DNA of 50,819 nucleotides from a virus (lineage: Duplodnaviria > Caudoviricetes): the IMG/VR virus record IMGVR_UViG_3300037478_000628, positions 1-50,819 of that record. One strand, 5' to 3'. The translations under genes were made by a program, and so were the position numbers. The notes under the pieces were generated by a model, which saw nothing but the letters and a program-made list of their open reading frames with translations, was not told where the DNA came from and did not search any database. How positions within the stretch are numbered: position 1 is the first letter of the stretch; every line of letters starts with the position of its first letter. Shown one piece after another: positions 1-8,296 of this stretch.

Positions 1-127
1 TCCACCTCCAACGCCACATCGGCGATCAGCTGCTGATGGGGCATCAGCGGCTTACCCAACCGGGTAGCCACCTCCGCCACCCGCGGCCCCAACGTGAACC
101 GGTCCGGGCTACGCGGCGTCCCATACA
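1..127. repeat. Terminal direct repeat, left copy (circular assembly overlap)
   Basis: 1-127 is identical to 50693-50819; it lies inside terL and 127 is a common assembler k-mer size. Confidence 0.95.
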
Positions 128-170
128 GCGGCACCCGGGAGGCAGCTCGCGGTGGCGCGGCAGTGGTCAC
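1..170 (-). CDS. terL: Terminase large subunit, 5' part (continues across the junction into 49282-50819)
   Basis: GTG at 170 gives MTTAAPPRAASRVPLYGTPRSPDRFTLGPRVAEVA, in frame with the 49282..50784 ORF. Confidence 0.85.
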   Translation of the reverse strand, partial: MTTAAPPRAASRVPLYGTPRSPDRFTLGPRVAEVATRLGKPLMPHQQLIADVALEV

Positions 171-197
171 ACGCTCACGGTAGACCAGCCGCCGGAA

Positions 198-1052
198 TCA
201 GCCGGCAGACTCCCGAACCGGCGAAGACATCCCACCCAGCAGCCCAGCCATCCCCGGATCCGGCCCGTCATCGGCCAGCAAAGCATCCAGAGACTCCCGG
301 TACTGCCGCCACAACGCCGCATTCGTCGGATCATCATCCAACACAGCCGCCATCGAACGGATCATCTGAACCCGCGCCGAATCGATCGGCTCCAACCGAC
401 CCAGCTCCCGCAGCTGGCCGAGGGTCACCTCAACCTCCGACGCGTTTCCCACCGAACTGACCGGCCGCGGCGGCAGCTCGCCACCCTCACCCGGCATCAC
501 GTAGTTGTTCATCTCACCGGCCGGCACCGACCTGAACAGCTCGTCAACCATGCCCAGCAGGAACCCGGCCACCTCCGGGTCGTCGGAGACCTCCAGATAT
601 TCCAGCCGGCGGTTCTCGTTCAAGTTCATCGACGTACGGACGGCCACGTTCCACGCGTCGTTGCTGATCACAGCGAACTTGGCGTGCAAAGCCGTCGACC
701 GGATCGCCTCCGGGCCGAACACCTTCACCAACGTGGCGCAGTAGTCCGGCTGCCGGGTCGCGAACGACCGGTCCACCACGAACCGCAGCGAGCGGATCCG
801 GCCATCCCGCAGGAACCGCTCCGCATGCAACAGGTCAGCTTTCGCCGCGGACCAGGTCGCCACCGCCACATCCGCCGGCCCGGTCCGATCCAAGATCGCC
901 GTCAGCGCATCCACCAGCGAGAACTGGCCGTGGGTCAGGCAGAACAGCTCGAACCCCGGCGCCAGATCGGCGAACACCCGACCCGCCGACTCGTGAGCCG
1001 CCACCATCGCCGCCCGCGGCCGCCGGGACCGCTGAATCACCGTCGCATCCAC
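198..1052 (-). CDS. Probable terminase small subunit with an N-terminal PLD-like (HKD-type) domain
   Basis: Directly upstream of terL. N-terminal ATWS...HAKFAV...TSMNLNEN motifs; C-terminal helical segment (MAAVLDDDPTNAALWRQYRESLDAL) resembles actinophage TerS. Confidence 0.6.
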   Translation of the reverse strand: MDATVIQRSRRPRAAMVAAHESAGRVFADLAPGFELFCLTHGQFSLVDALTAILDRTGPADVAVATWSAAKADLLHAERFLRDGRIRSLRFVVDRSFATRQPDYCATLVKVFGPEAIRSTALHAKFAVISNDAWNVAVRTSMNLNENRRLEYLEVSDDPEVAGFLLGMVDELFRSVPAGEMNNYVMPGEGGELPPRPVSSVGNASEVEVTLGQLRELGRLEPIDSARVQMIRSMAAVLDDDPTNAALWRQYRESLDALLADDGPDPGMAGLLGGMSSPVRESAG

Positions 1053-1087
1053 AGCCCAATCCTACCATTGATCATCCACAATAGCCA
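1053..1087 (-). promoter_or_regulatory. Leaderless SigA-type promoter for terS-terL
   Basis: Minus strand TGGCTA-17 nt-TAGGAT (with extended TGn), then 6 nt to the GTG at 1052. Confidence 0.6.
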
Positions 1088-1099
1088 CTCAGAACACAC

Positions 1100-1217
1100 T
1101 CAAACTCATGAATAGGACGATCCTGTGACCTGCAAAAACTAAAGCGAGAGAGGGAAAACAGTGACGACTGCGCGTCTTCCGGGTGTGCGCGCGCTCAAAA
1201 ATCGGACCCTCCCCCCT
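1100..1217. other. Putative cos / packaging-initiation region
   Basis: Non-coding, A/T-tract-containing gap between the HNH gene and terS, the usual cos position in HK97-like phages; exact cut site not identifiable. Confidence 0.45.
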
Positions 1218-1520
1218 TCACCAATCGCGTGACCTTGGCTGCACGGGGTGGCTGCGGCGGGCTTGGTTGCATAGTCGGCCGCAGGTGGGGCAGGGGTTGA
1301 GTTGCCGGCCGCGGGTGCCGTGGGCTGGTGCCAGGTTGGAGCGATGATTCACCCCGTCGTAGGTGCCAAACTGGGTGAGCCAGTCTTTGACCGGGATGAT
1401 GTGGTCGGCGGTGCGAGCCCCGTTGTGGCCACAGAGCCAGCACAGGTCAGATTCGGCGAGCATGTTGGCGACGGTGGTGCGGTAGCGGTGTCCGTTGCGG
1501 GGGTCACCTGGTCGGGACAT
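1218..1520 (-). CDS. HNH endonuclease (packaging-associated, HK97 gp74-like position)
   Basis: CWLCG...ADHIIP...NLAPAH...CPTC...CN motif; adjacent to terminase genes. Confidence 0.85.
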   Translation of the reverse strand: MSRPGDPRNGHRYRTTVANMLAESDLCWLCGHNGARTADHIIPVKDWLTQFGTYDGVNHRSNLAPAHGTRGRQLNPCPTCGRLCNQARRSHPVQPRSRDW

Positions 1521-1848
1521 CAGTCGTGGTGTCTTCGCTGTGTGGGTTGTCGTAGATAGCCCCGTCGCGGCGAAGCCATTCGCGGGACTCGTGTTCCTCG
1601 ATGCTGTATAGGGTGTGCTGTAACCAGTGGGCGAACGCCTCGGGGTCCTGTTCATCAAGCGGGAGGGGTATGGGGATGGTGACCCGGAGGGGAATGGTGT
1701 GCTCTGGGTTGTGGGTGTCGTGCACCCGGTAGGTCACTACAAGTCGGCACAGCGTAATAGCGCCGACGTCAGGGTCTATGCGCAGTGCCCAACCTGGCCG
1801 ATAGGTGAACCGTGCGAGTTGCGTACGTAGCCAGATCACCTGATTCAT
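1504..1848 (-). CDS. Hypothetical phage protein
   Basis: MNQVIWLRTQLARFTYRPGW...EEHESREWLRRDG; start overlaps the upstream stop. Confidence 0.7.
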   Translation of the reverse strand: MNQVIWLRTQLARFTYRPGWALRIDPDVGAITLCRLVVTYRVHDTHNPEHTIPLRVTIPIPLPLDEQDPEAFAHWLQHTLYSIEEHESREWLRRDGAIYDNPHSEDTTTDVPTR

Positions 1849-2081
1849 CAGTCGTCCTCCAGCATGGGTAGGCCGAGCCGGCGGGCCTCGGCACGGATGT
1901 GCTGCCGCTCCCGCTCCAGGGTGGCCTGGCGGTGGTGCCGGCGCTCGGCGCGGGTGGGGAGGGTGACCAGCCGGTAGGCGCCGAGCCCGGCGCCGTAGAC
2001 GACCGCAAGCGCGGCCGTCAGGGGAGCAAGGAGCGGGGCGAGCAGCAGCCACCCACCGGCGTACAGTAGCGGCTCAACCAT
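1848..2081 (-). CDS. Small membrane protein
   Basis: Hydrophobic N-terminus MVEPLLYAGGWLLLAPLLAPL; coupled overlaps. Confidence 0.6.
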   Translation of the reverse strand: MVEPLLYAGGWLLLAPLLAPLTAALAVVYGAGLGAYRLVTLPTRAERRHHRQATLERERQHIRAEARRLGLPMLEDD

Positions 2082-2322
2082 CTGACACCTCCCGCAGCGG
2101 GAATTCCCGTCCCAGCCCGACGAACCGGTAGGCCACCTCGGTCCCCTCGCTGGCCTCGTAGTCCAGCTCGTACCAGGACCGCTGGCCATCCCTCAGCAAC
2201 GTGCCTATGGTCTGGGGGTAGTCGCTGGGCGTGGTGTGGACCAGGTGGCGCACTTGGCCGTCCATGATCCCCCCGTGGTAGTAGTGGTGGCCGGGGTGCT
2301 GGGTGCATCGGTCAGCCGGCAT
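2074..2322 (-). CDS. Hypothetical protein
   Basis: 82-aa ORF tiling the operon. Confidence 0.55.
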   Translation of the reverse strand: MPADRCTQHPGHHYYHGGIMDGQVRHLVHTTPSDYPQTIGTLLRDGQRSWYELDYEASEGTEVAYRFVGLGREFPLREVSDG

Positions 2323-2533
2323 CGTCGGCCTCCCGTCTCGGTAGCCGGGGGTTGCGCACCCGGTCGGTGGTGATCCACCGCTCGGGCCGGTCGGCCGGCT
2401 CCGGGCGGGCGGCCTGAGCGAAGCAGCCGCAGCGGTGCATTCCGCCGTGGCCGGTCGGCCGCACGCATGTGTGCTCCCGCCACCCGCCGGCGTTGTGGGA
2501 GCTGGTCCACCAGTGCCCGCAGTGCTCAGCCAT
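2312..2533 (-). CDS. Cys/His-rich hypothetical protein
   Basis: MAEHCGHWW...HTC...GHGGMHRCGC; RBS-like GGAG upstream. Confidence 0.55.
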   Translation of the reverse strand: MAEHCGHWWTSSHNAGGWREHTCVRPTGHGGMHRCGCFAQAARPEPADRPERWITTDRVRNPRLPRREADDAG

Positions 2534-4418
2534 GCTCCGGCTCCTCTCCGCCGGCCGGGGCCGGCTCCGGGTTGCCGGGGACGGGGCGGCTGCCGGCACG
2601 GATCTCAGCGGCCCACTCGTGGAGCTGATCCCGGGTGGGCCACTCGTTGGTTCCGACCACCTCCCTGACCCACTGGCCGGCGGCCCAGTCGAGCGTGTCG
2701 GCGGCGGCGTGCCGGTCCCGGGCCTCCATGTCCCCGGCGGCCCGCTCCCACATCTCGGCGTCTCGGCGGGCGGTGGCCAGCTCGCCGCGCATCCGGGCCA
2801 TGGTCTCCAGGTCGGCCGCGGTCAGCCGCTCTAGCCGGTCCCGCTCGACGGTCACCTCGCGCAGTTCGCGACGGACATCGCCGGCGATACCCACTTGAGC
2901 GTCTCGCTCCGTCACGGCCGCAGCCAACTCGGCGGCCTGCTCGGCATGATCGGCAGCCCACCGGCGGTTCGCCTCCACCGCCTCAGCCAGCTCGGCGTCC
3001 CGGCGGGCCAGCTCGGCGGCCTCCCGGTCCCACCCAGCCCCGGCGGCGGCAACAGCCCCGCGGGCGGTGGCCAACTCGGCGCGGGCGGCGTCGAGCTCCT
3101 GGACCAGTCGGACCACCTCGGCCAGGCCGTGCAGCTCCTCCCACGGGGTGTGCAGCGCCGCGCCGGTCTGGGTCCGGTCCCAGCCGGGTCCGCCGGCCGG
3201 GGGTGGGTCGGCTGGTGGTGTGCCGGCCGGCTCCGGGGTGGGCTGGGTTGTGCCCGGGGCGGTCGCCTCGGCCTGGGTCACCACCGGTACGCCGGTGTGG
3301 TCGTTGGCGCGCGGATTGTGCACGTCTTCGGAATGCTGCTGGTCTATGTGGTGGGCATGGCGGGGCCAACCATGGTAGCCGTGGTCGTGCATGGCGTAGA
3401 AGTCGCGTGCCGGCTCCGGGCTGCCGGGGCTCGCCCCGCAATCGCAGGTACTACGACCGGGATGCTGACGGCCGTCGCACATCGGGTCGTGCCAGGAATT
3501 CCAAGCATCGCCCGTCTGCGACTGGCCATCAGAGCGTCGCGGTGCCGGCTCCGGGCTGCCGGGGACGGGGCGGGTACCGGCGCGGATCTGCGCCTCCAGG
3601 TCACGCACCAGATCTGCCGCCGGGTGGTGGCCGGTGGCGGCCAACCGGGCGCCGGCCATCTCCAGCGCGGCGGCGGCGGCGTCCCGGCGGGCGGTGGCCA
3701 GCTCGGCGCGGAGCCGCTCTACCTCGGCGGTCTGCTCCCGGTTGGCCCGGACAGCGGCGGCCAGCGCCTCCCGGTGGGTGCCGGCCAGTGGCACTAGGTC
3801 CGCGTCGGGCACGTCCTGGCCGGCGTCCAGGGCGACCCGCAGCCGCGCGAGCACCGGGGTGGGCTCGGCCTCGGTGGTGTCCGGCTCAGCCGCCTGAGCG
3901 GTGGCGGTGCGTTGCCCTGACGGCTCGTCCAGCTTCACCCCGGACGCCGCCACCCACGGCGGGGGTGGTGAGGTCACCCCGTGCGGGCCACGTTCGAAGG
4001 CGGCCAGCACGTCGGCGACCGGCTCGTCTGGCTCCGGGGTGTCGGCCGGCGGCGAGCAGGTGCCTGTGCCCTTGCAGTCCTCGCAGATCCGCGAGGGCAC
4101 CAGCGGGTGGGCGGCCGCACCGGTTCCTCGACAGTTCGGGCACGCGACGGGGTTGGTGTCGGCCCACGGGGTGAGCGTGCCGTCCTCGATCCGCTCGGCC
4201 AGGTGCTCCGCGCTCATCCAATTCTCGACACGGCGGTTCCGCATCGCGAACCACCGCAGCGCGGCGGTCCACTCCCGGCGGCGCCGAGCATGCTCGGCGA
4301 GGGCCAGCGCGGCGGCCCGGACGGGATCGGCCGCGGTTTGCCATGGGTCGCCGTCCAGCTGCGGCTCGGGCTGGTCCGGCGGCTTGCTTGGCGGTGGTGG
4401 TGGCTGGTGGGTGGTCAT
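2526..4418 (-). CDS. Large modular protein with coiled coils, a CxxCxGxG zinc finger and internal repeats
   Basis: CPNCRGTG...CEDCKGTG; AELATAR-like x3; IRAGxRPVPGxPEPAP x2; ATG overlaps the upstream stop. Confidence 0.7.
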   Translation of the reverse strand: MTTHQPPPPPSKPPDQPEPQLDGDPWQTAADPVRAAALALAEHARRRREWTAALRWFAMRNRRVENWMSAEHLAERIEDGTLTPWADTNPVACPNCRGTGAAAHPLVPSRICEDCKGTGTCSPPADTPEPDEPVADVLAAFERGPHGVTSPPPPWVAASGVKLDEPSGQRTATAQAAEPDTTEAEPTPVLARLRVALDAGQDVPDADLVPLAGTHREALAAAVRANREQTAEVERLRAELATARRDAAAAALEMAGARLAATGHHPAADLVRDLEAQIRAGTRPVPGSPEPAPRRSDGQSQTGDAWNSWHDPMCDGRQHPGRSTCDCGASPGSPEPARDFYAMHDHGYHGWPRHAHHIDQQHSEDVHNPRANDHTGVPVVTQAEATAPGTTQPTPEPAGTPPADPPPAGGPGWDRTQTGAALHTPWEELHGLAEVVRLVQELDAARAELATARGAVAAAGAGWDREAAELARRDAELAEAVEANRRWAADHAEQAAELAAAVTERDAQVGIAGDVRRELREVTVERDRLERLTAADLETMARMRGELATARRDAEMWERAAGDMEARDRHAAADTLDWAAGQWVREVVGTNEWPTRDQLHEWAAEIRAGSRPVPGNPEPAPAGGEEPEHG

Positions 4419-4642
4419 GACCCCGCCACCTCCCCGGGGTGGGTCCTGGAGCTGGCCGACCATGCTCGGGGTGGGTCCCAGAGCTGGCGGATCACGGCGC
4501 AGATGTCGGCTGCGGTCGGGATGTGGGCGCCGGCGTCCCACTGGACCTCGATCGACTCGGGGCCGGGTCCGAGTTGCCGGTACTCGACCCGGATGTTGAT
4601 GGATGGGGGCAGCCTCGGCGGCTGGTCGGTGTCGGTGGTCAT
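4415..4642 (-). CDS. Hypothetical protein
   Basis: AAAGGA RBS; ATGA overlap with the replication initiator stop. Confidence 0.6.
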   Translation of the reverse strand: MTTDTDQPPRLPPSINIRVEYRQLGPGPESIEVQWDAGAHIPTAADICAVIRQLWDPPRAWSASSRTHPGEVAGS

Positions 4643-5343
4643 GGTGGGTCCTTTCTGGCGAGCCGCTCGGAGCGGCAGGCCTGGCAGTGGCCGGCGAGCT
4701 GGTCGGGATGGTCGGGGCAGCGGGCGGCGGTGAGCCACCGGGCCCGACGTTCGGCCTCCCACGCCGCTAGGGCGAGCCGGGCGTCTTTGCACGGCCCGCA
4801 GTCGCGGGTTGTGCCGCGAGGGTGGCGTGGGCAGTGACGTGCCGGGGGTTCCCGGGGTTGGTTGTCCACAGGGGGGTCGCGGCCTGTGGATGGCATACCG
4901 CTAGCTAGGTCCCCTCCCTTAACCCCTTCTACTTCTACGTCTAACTCTCCCTGCGTGACGTCACGTGACGGATGTCCATTATCACGTGACGGTGTGGATT
5001 CGGCGGCTACCCGCTTCCGACGCCGATACTGACGAGCCCTCTCGCGATCCGTCGTACGCCGCGCCGCCAGGGCGTCTAGCTCGCCTTGCCAGTCAGACCA
5101 GCCGGCGATCTGGTATCCGCCGTCTACCTTGGTCCACAGGCCGGACGAGACTAGCGCTCTGACGAGCGTTGCGTACCGGCGTCTCCGAGCAAGTCTCGGC
5201 ACGCTCGACTCGGGGATGAACCCGCCCCGCTCTAGCTCACCGGCGCGCGCGAGGCCGCGGACGAAGATCAGTTCGGCCGCTTCCTCCAGTTTCTCCACGC
5301 GTTCGTCGGTGTAGTAGTCGGTGGCGAGCTTCACCCAATCCAC
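4639..5343 (-). CDS. Replication initiator (RepA / lambda O-like)
   Basis: WVKL..DYY.D...LV..GLW....GY.I..W.DWQ...DRERAR pattern and C-terminal CxxH...CxxC; internal iteron-like repeats. Confidence 0.75.
   Translation of the reverse strand: MDWVKLATDYYTDERVEKLEEAAELIFVRGLARAGELERGGFIPESSVPRLARRRRYATLVRALVSSGLWTKVDGGYQIAGWSDWQGELDALAARRTTDRERARQYRRRKRVAAESTPSRDNGHPSRDVTQGELDVEVEGVKGGDLASGMPSTGRDPPVDNQPREPPARHCPRHPRGTTRDCGPCKDARLALAAWEAERRARWLTAARCPDHPDQLAGHCQACRSERLARKDPP
4911..4992. promoter_or_regulatory. Putative replication origin (iterons within the initiator gene)
   Basis: TCACGTGACGG at 4961 and 4982 (21-bp spacing), partial copy at 4954, adjacent pyrimidine-rich tract 4911-4950. Confidence 0.45.
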
Positions 5344-5353
5344 CTGGCCCCTC

Positions 5354-5962
5354 TCATCGGTCGCTGGTTTCGTGGGTGAGCAGCCACGCCAACTCGGCGC
5401 ACTGCTCGGCGGTCAGGTGCTTGCGTAGGGTCCGCGCGGCGGCGGCCGGGTTGGGCTGGACGGTCAGGGTGCGCAGCCGGAAGCCGGCTTTGACCATGGC
5501 ACCGTGCGCGGTCAGGTTCCCGGCGAGAACTTCGGCGTGAAGCTCCGGCGCGTCGGAGCGGAGCTTGCGCAGCGCACGGTCCCGGGCGTTCCCCTGAGGC
5601 GCCTTGACTTGTACAATGTTATCGTCATGGTGGAGATGTGCGGGGTTCTGTAGTGCCCGATCGAGCAGATCCCTAGCCTTGGCGGCTTCCGCCTTGTCCG
5701 GGAACGCCTCAAGCACCCGCCGGATCAGGTCCACCGACGCACCGATCCCTTTCAGCGGCTTGGCCACCACGAACTCGGCGAACCGCTGGTGTATCACATG
5801 CTCGCCGCGTTGGGTGATGAACTCCCGCCACGACTCCTCGGCCAGCACGCGCTTCAACAGGCCGGGCACTGTTGACAACCCATGCTCGCCACTACGAAGC
5901 GCGGAGCCGAGCGCATCGACCAGATGGGCGTTGCCGCGCAGCGGATCCGCTGTCACCGTCAC
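5354..5962 (-). CDS. Conserved phage hypothetical protein, probably DNA-binding; partner of the HNH-helicase
   Basis: GNARDRALRKLR..APELHAEVLAG.L.AH.AM..AGFR motif; GTGA overlap with the helicase stop. Confidence 0.75.
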   Translation of the reverse strand: MTVTADPLRGNAHLVDALGSALRSGEHGLSTVPGLLKRVLAEESWREFITQRGEHVIHQRFAEFVVAKPLKGIGASVDLIRRVLEAFPDKAEAAKARDLLDRALQNPAHLHHDDNIVQVKAPQGNARDRALRKLRSDAPELHAEVLAGNLTAHGAMVKAGFRLRTLTVQPNPAAAARTLRKHLTAEQCAELAWLLTHETSDR

Positions 5963-7815
5963 GGCTGTGCCCTCACGATCCACTCCTCCACGAGCTGCTG
6001 TCGTTTCCGAAGGCTTTCCAGCGCCGCCTTCGGCACCGTGTCGGCGCAGCGCCTATTCAGCTCGGCATTGATGTGAGAGTGTGGCTGATCGACCAGCCTG
6101 GCCAAGTACCCGATACGGCGTTGCAGCGCCTTCCGCACCGCCGTCTTCTGGTCTGCGAGCGATGGCGCCGGAATCTCCACCGTTGTCCGCTGCACGGTGC
6201 GCTCCCCCGTCACCATCCGAAGAAAGCGCGCCGCCTGGGCGGGCGTCACGTTGCCTGGCAACCCGGCGAGCGTGGCGATCTCTTGCGCCCGCTGAAGCTC
6301 AGCGTCGGCGAACTGGTCACCAGACAGAATGGTGGTTAGGTGAACCGCCTCTGAGGCGTGCATCGGCACCGAGAAGTCGATCTGGAGTTGGGTCATCTCG
6401 CCACCACTCCGAACCTCCCGCTCCGCCCGCTCCTCCGCCTCCCGGAGCGCACGCGGGATTACCTGCTCAATCTCGGCGGCATACGCCAACAACGGCTCAA
6501 CGGACGGTATGAATAGGACGGCAGAGGTCACATCGTCAAGTGATCGGGTGCGCACGAATCGGCCTGCAGCCTGCCGGAAGTAGAGATCGGTGGCGGTTGT
6601 GGTGGCGTAAACGCCGACCACCAGCCGGGGGATGTCGACACCCTCCGAGACCATCCTCACGGCGACGATCCAACGCGAAGTGGAACCAGTGAAGGCCTCG
6701 ATATTGGCCGACGCCTCAGGAAGGTCGCTTATGGCTAACGTCGGCTGTTCCCCGGTCAGCTTTGCCAGCAGTCCGGCGTACCTGACTGCCTTCGGTTGGT
6801 CGTCTGCGATGACCAGCCCGCCAGCGTCCGGAACAAACTCACGCTGGCGGGTCAGCTCGTCGTTAGCTACCCGCAGCACGGATGCAATCCATGGACCATC
6901 CGGCATCAGGGCCGAGCTTAGTGCTCTCGCACGGGTCAACTCATCGACATCGGACAGCTTCAGCTTGGAGATCACCGAGGTGGCATCCAGCCATCGGGCC
7001 TCTCCGTCAAACGCCGGGAACTCGATCTGCCGTACGACGCCCTCGCGGTCGGCTAGAGCTTGCCCGTAGTCGTACGAGTAGTCGGCGACGAATCTGTGCC
7101 GCTTGTCATACCGGACGAAGGGGATCGCCTCACCGTCGGTGCGATACGGAGTGCCCGAGAGCAGGAGCCGCCGTGCTGCCGCGTCGAACGCCTCCCGGAG
7201 CGCGTTCCCCCAGGTCAGGCTGTCTCCGCCATGGTGTACCTCGTCAAGGATCACCAGCGTGCGTTTGACGGTGCTGAGCCGCCGGTACAGCTTTGGCTGG
7301 CTCGCTACCGATTGGTAGGTGACCACAACGCCATCAAAGTCCTTGGCCACCACGCCCACACCGTTGCTGAACTTGGGGTCGAGCTGAATGCCGAAGTCGT
7401 GGTGGGCTGCCTTCGCCCACTGGTTACGCATGTGCTTGGTAGGTACCACGACCACGACGAAAACTGCCTCGCCCCGCTCAATGCTCCGAGCAGCCGCCGC
7501 CAGCGCGAAGCGCGTCTTGCCTGAGCCTGGCGTCGCGACACACAGAAAGTCCTCGTTGTTGCTCAGGAACTTCTCCAGTGCCTCGCGCTGCCACTTCCTT
7601 AGCTCCCCAACCATCCTTGCCCCTTTCCTCTGGTTGCAGGGCGGACATAGTGCCTGTCCGTTGATCACGTCGGTGATGCCCCCGCGCGAATGGGGCTCCA
7701 CGTGATCGGCGTGCCAGTCAGGCTCCAGGTCGCAGCCACACTCTTGGCAGCGACCGTCCGCAGCAAGATAGAGCGCCGCTCGCTCGCTCGCATTGAACCG
7801 CCGCCGTTCGGTCAC
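5959..7815 (-). CDS. HNH nuclease-SF2 (DExH) helicase fusion
   Basis: CQECG...HADH...NGQALCPPCN; Walker A ATPGSGKT, DEVHH, SGT, MVSEGVD, QAAGRFVR. Confidence 0.9.
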   Translation of the reverse strand: MTERRRFNASERAALYLAADGRCQECGCDLEPDWHADHVEPHSRGGITDVINGQALCPPCNQRKGARMVGELRKWQREALEKFLSNNEDFLCVATPGSGKTRFALAAAARSIERGEAVFVVVVVPTKHMRNQWAKAAHHDFGIQLDPKFSNGVGVVAKDFDGVVVTYQSVASQPKLYRRLSTVKRTLVILDEVHHGGDSLTWGNALREAFDAAARRLLLSGTPYRTDGEAIPFVRYDKRHRFVADYSYDYGQALADREGVVRQIEFPAFDGEARWLDATSVISKLKLSDVDELTRARALSSALMPDGPWIASVLRVANDELTRQREFVPDAGGLVIADDQPKAVRYAGLLAKLTGEQPTLAISDLPEASANIEAFTGSTSRWIVAVRMVSEGVDIPRLVVGVYATTTATDLYFRQAAGRFVRTRSLDDVTSAVLFIPSVEPLLAYAAEIEQVIPRALREAEERAEREVRSGGEMTQLQIDFSVPMHASEAVHLTTILSGDQFADAELQRAQEIATLAGLPGNVTPAQAARFLRMVTGERTVQRTTVEIPAPSLADQKTAVRKALQRRIGYLARLVDQPHSHINAELNRRCADTVPKAALESLRKRQQLVEEWIVRAQP

Positions 7816-8048
7816 TCCCGCTCCCCCAACCTCCGCCGCTCCAGCTCCAGCATCTCCTCGGTGACCTCCACCCGCTGCCGCGGCTCGCCCCGCTCCCACG
7901 CGCACGCCGCGCACGCCGTCCGCCACAGGGTGACTGCCCGGCCGGTGGCGTAGCCGGTGACCACGTGCCCGCAGATGTGCGGGTAGGGCTCGGTGGTGGG
8001 CACGGGCCGGTCGAGTGCGCGGCTGGCGCCCAGCCACACCGCGCTCAT
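7812..8048 (-). CDS. Hypothetical protein
   Basis: 78 aa, CGH...CAAC; 4-bp overlaps at both ends. Confidence 0.6.
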   Translation of the reverse strand: MSAVWLGASRALDRPVPTTEPYPHICGHVVTGYATGRAVTLWRTACAACAWERGEPRQRVEVTEEMLELERRRLGERE

Positions 8049-8296
8049 GCCGCACCCCGCCGTGGCTTGCTGAACCTCTCAGCGGTCAGATCCCGCGGGT
8101 TGCCGTCGCGTTCGGCCGCCAGCTCGGCGGCGACCGCGGCCAGCTTGTCCAGCGGCCGGTCGTCGAGCTCGGCGGCGCGGTGGCAGTCGCACTCGCACCA
8201 CGACTTGTCACACGCCGCGGGCGAGCCGGGTGCGCAGAAGTGGAGGCACTCGCCGGACACGTTCTCGTCGTCGGTGAGGTACTCGATCTCAGCCAT
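8045..8296 (-). CDS. Cys-rich hypothetical protein
   Basis: C.H.C...C...CECDCH; GGAGG RBS. Confidence 0.6.
   Translation of the reverse strand: MAEIEYLTDDENVSGECLHFCAPGSPAACDKSWCECDCHRAAELDDRPLDKLAAVAAELAAERDGNPRDLTAERFSKPRRGAA

Noticed and set aside
1-127. 127-bp terminal repeat as a biological DTR or att site
   Set aside because: It falls in the middle of terL and equals a typical assembler k-mer; best explained as circular overlap
36-1115. Long shadow ORFs such as 36..1115(+), 39407..40564(+), 47522..49285(-) and 31217..32158(+)
   Set aside because: Antisense or off-frame to well-supported genes; Arg/Pro/His/Gly-rich translations typical of stop-poor high-GC DNA
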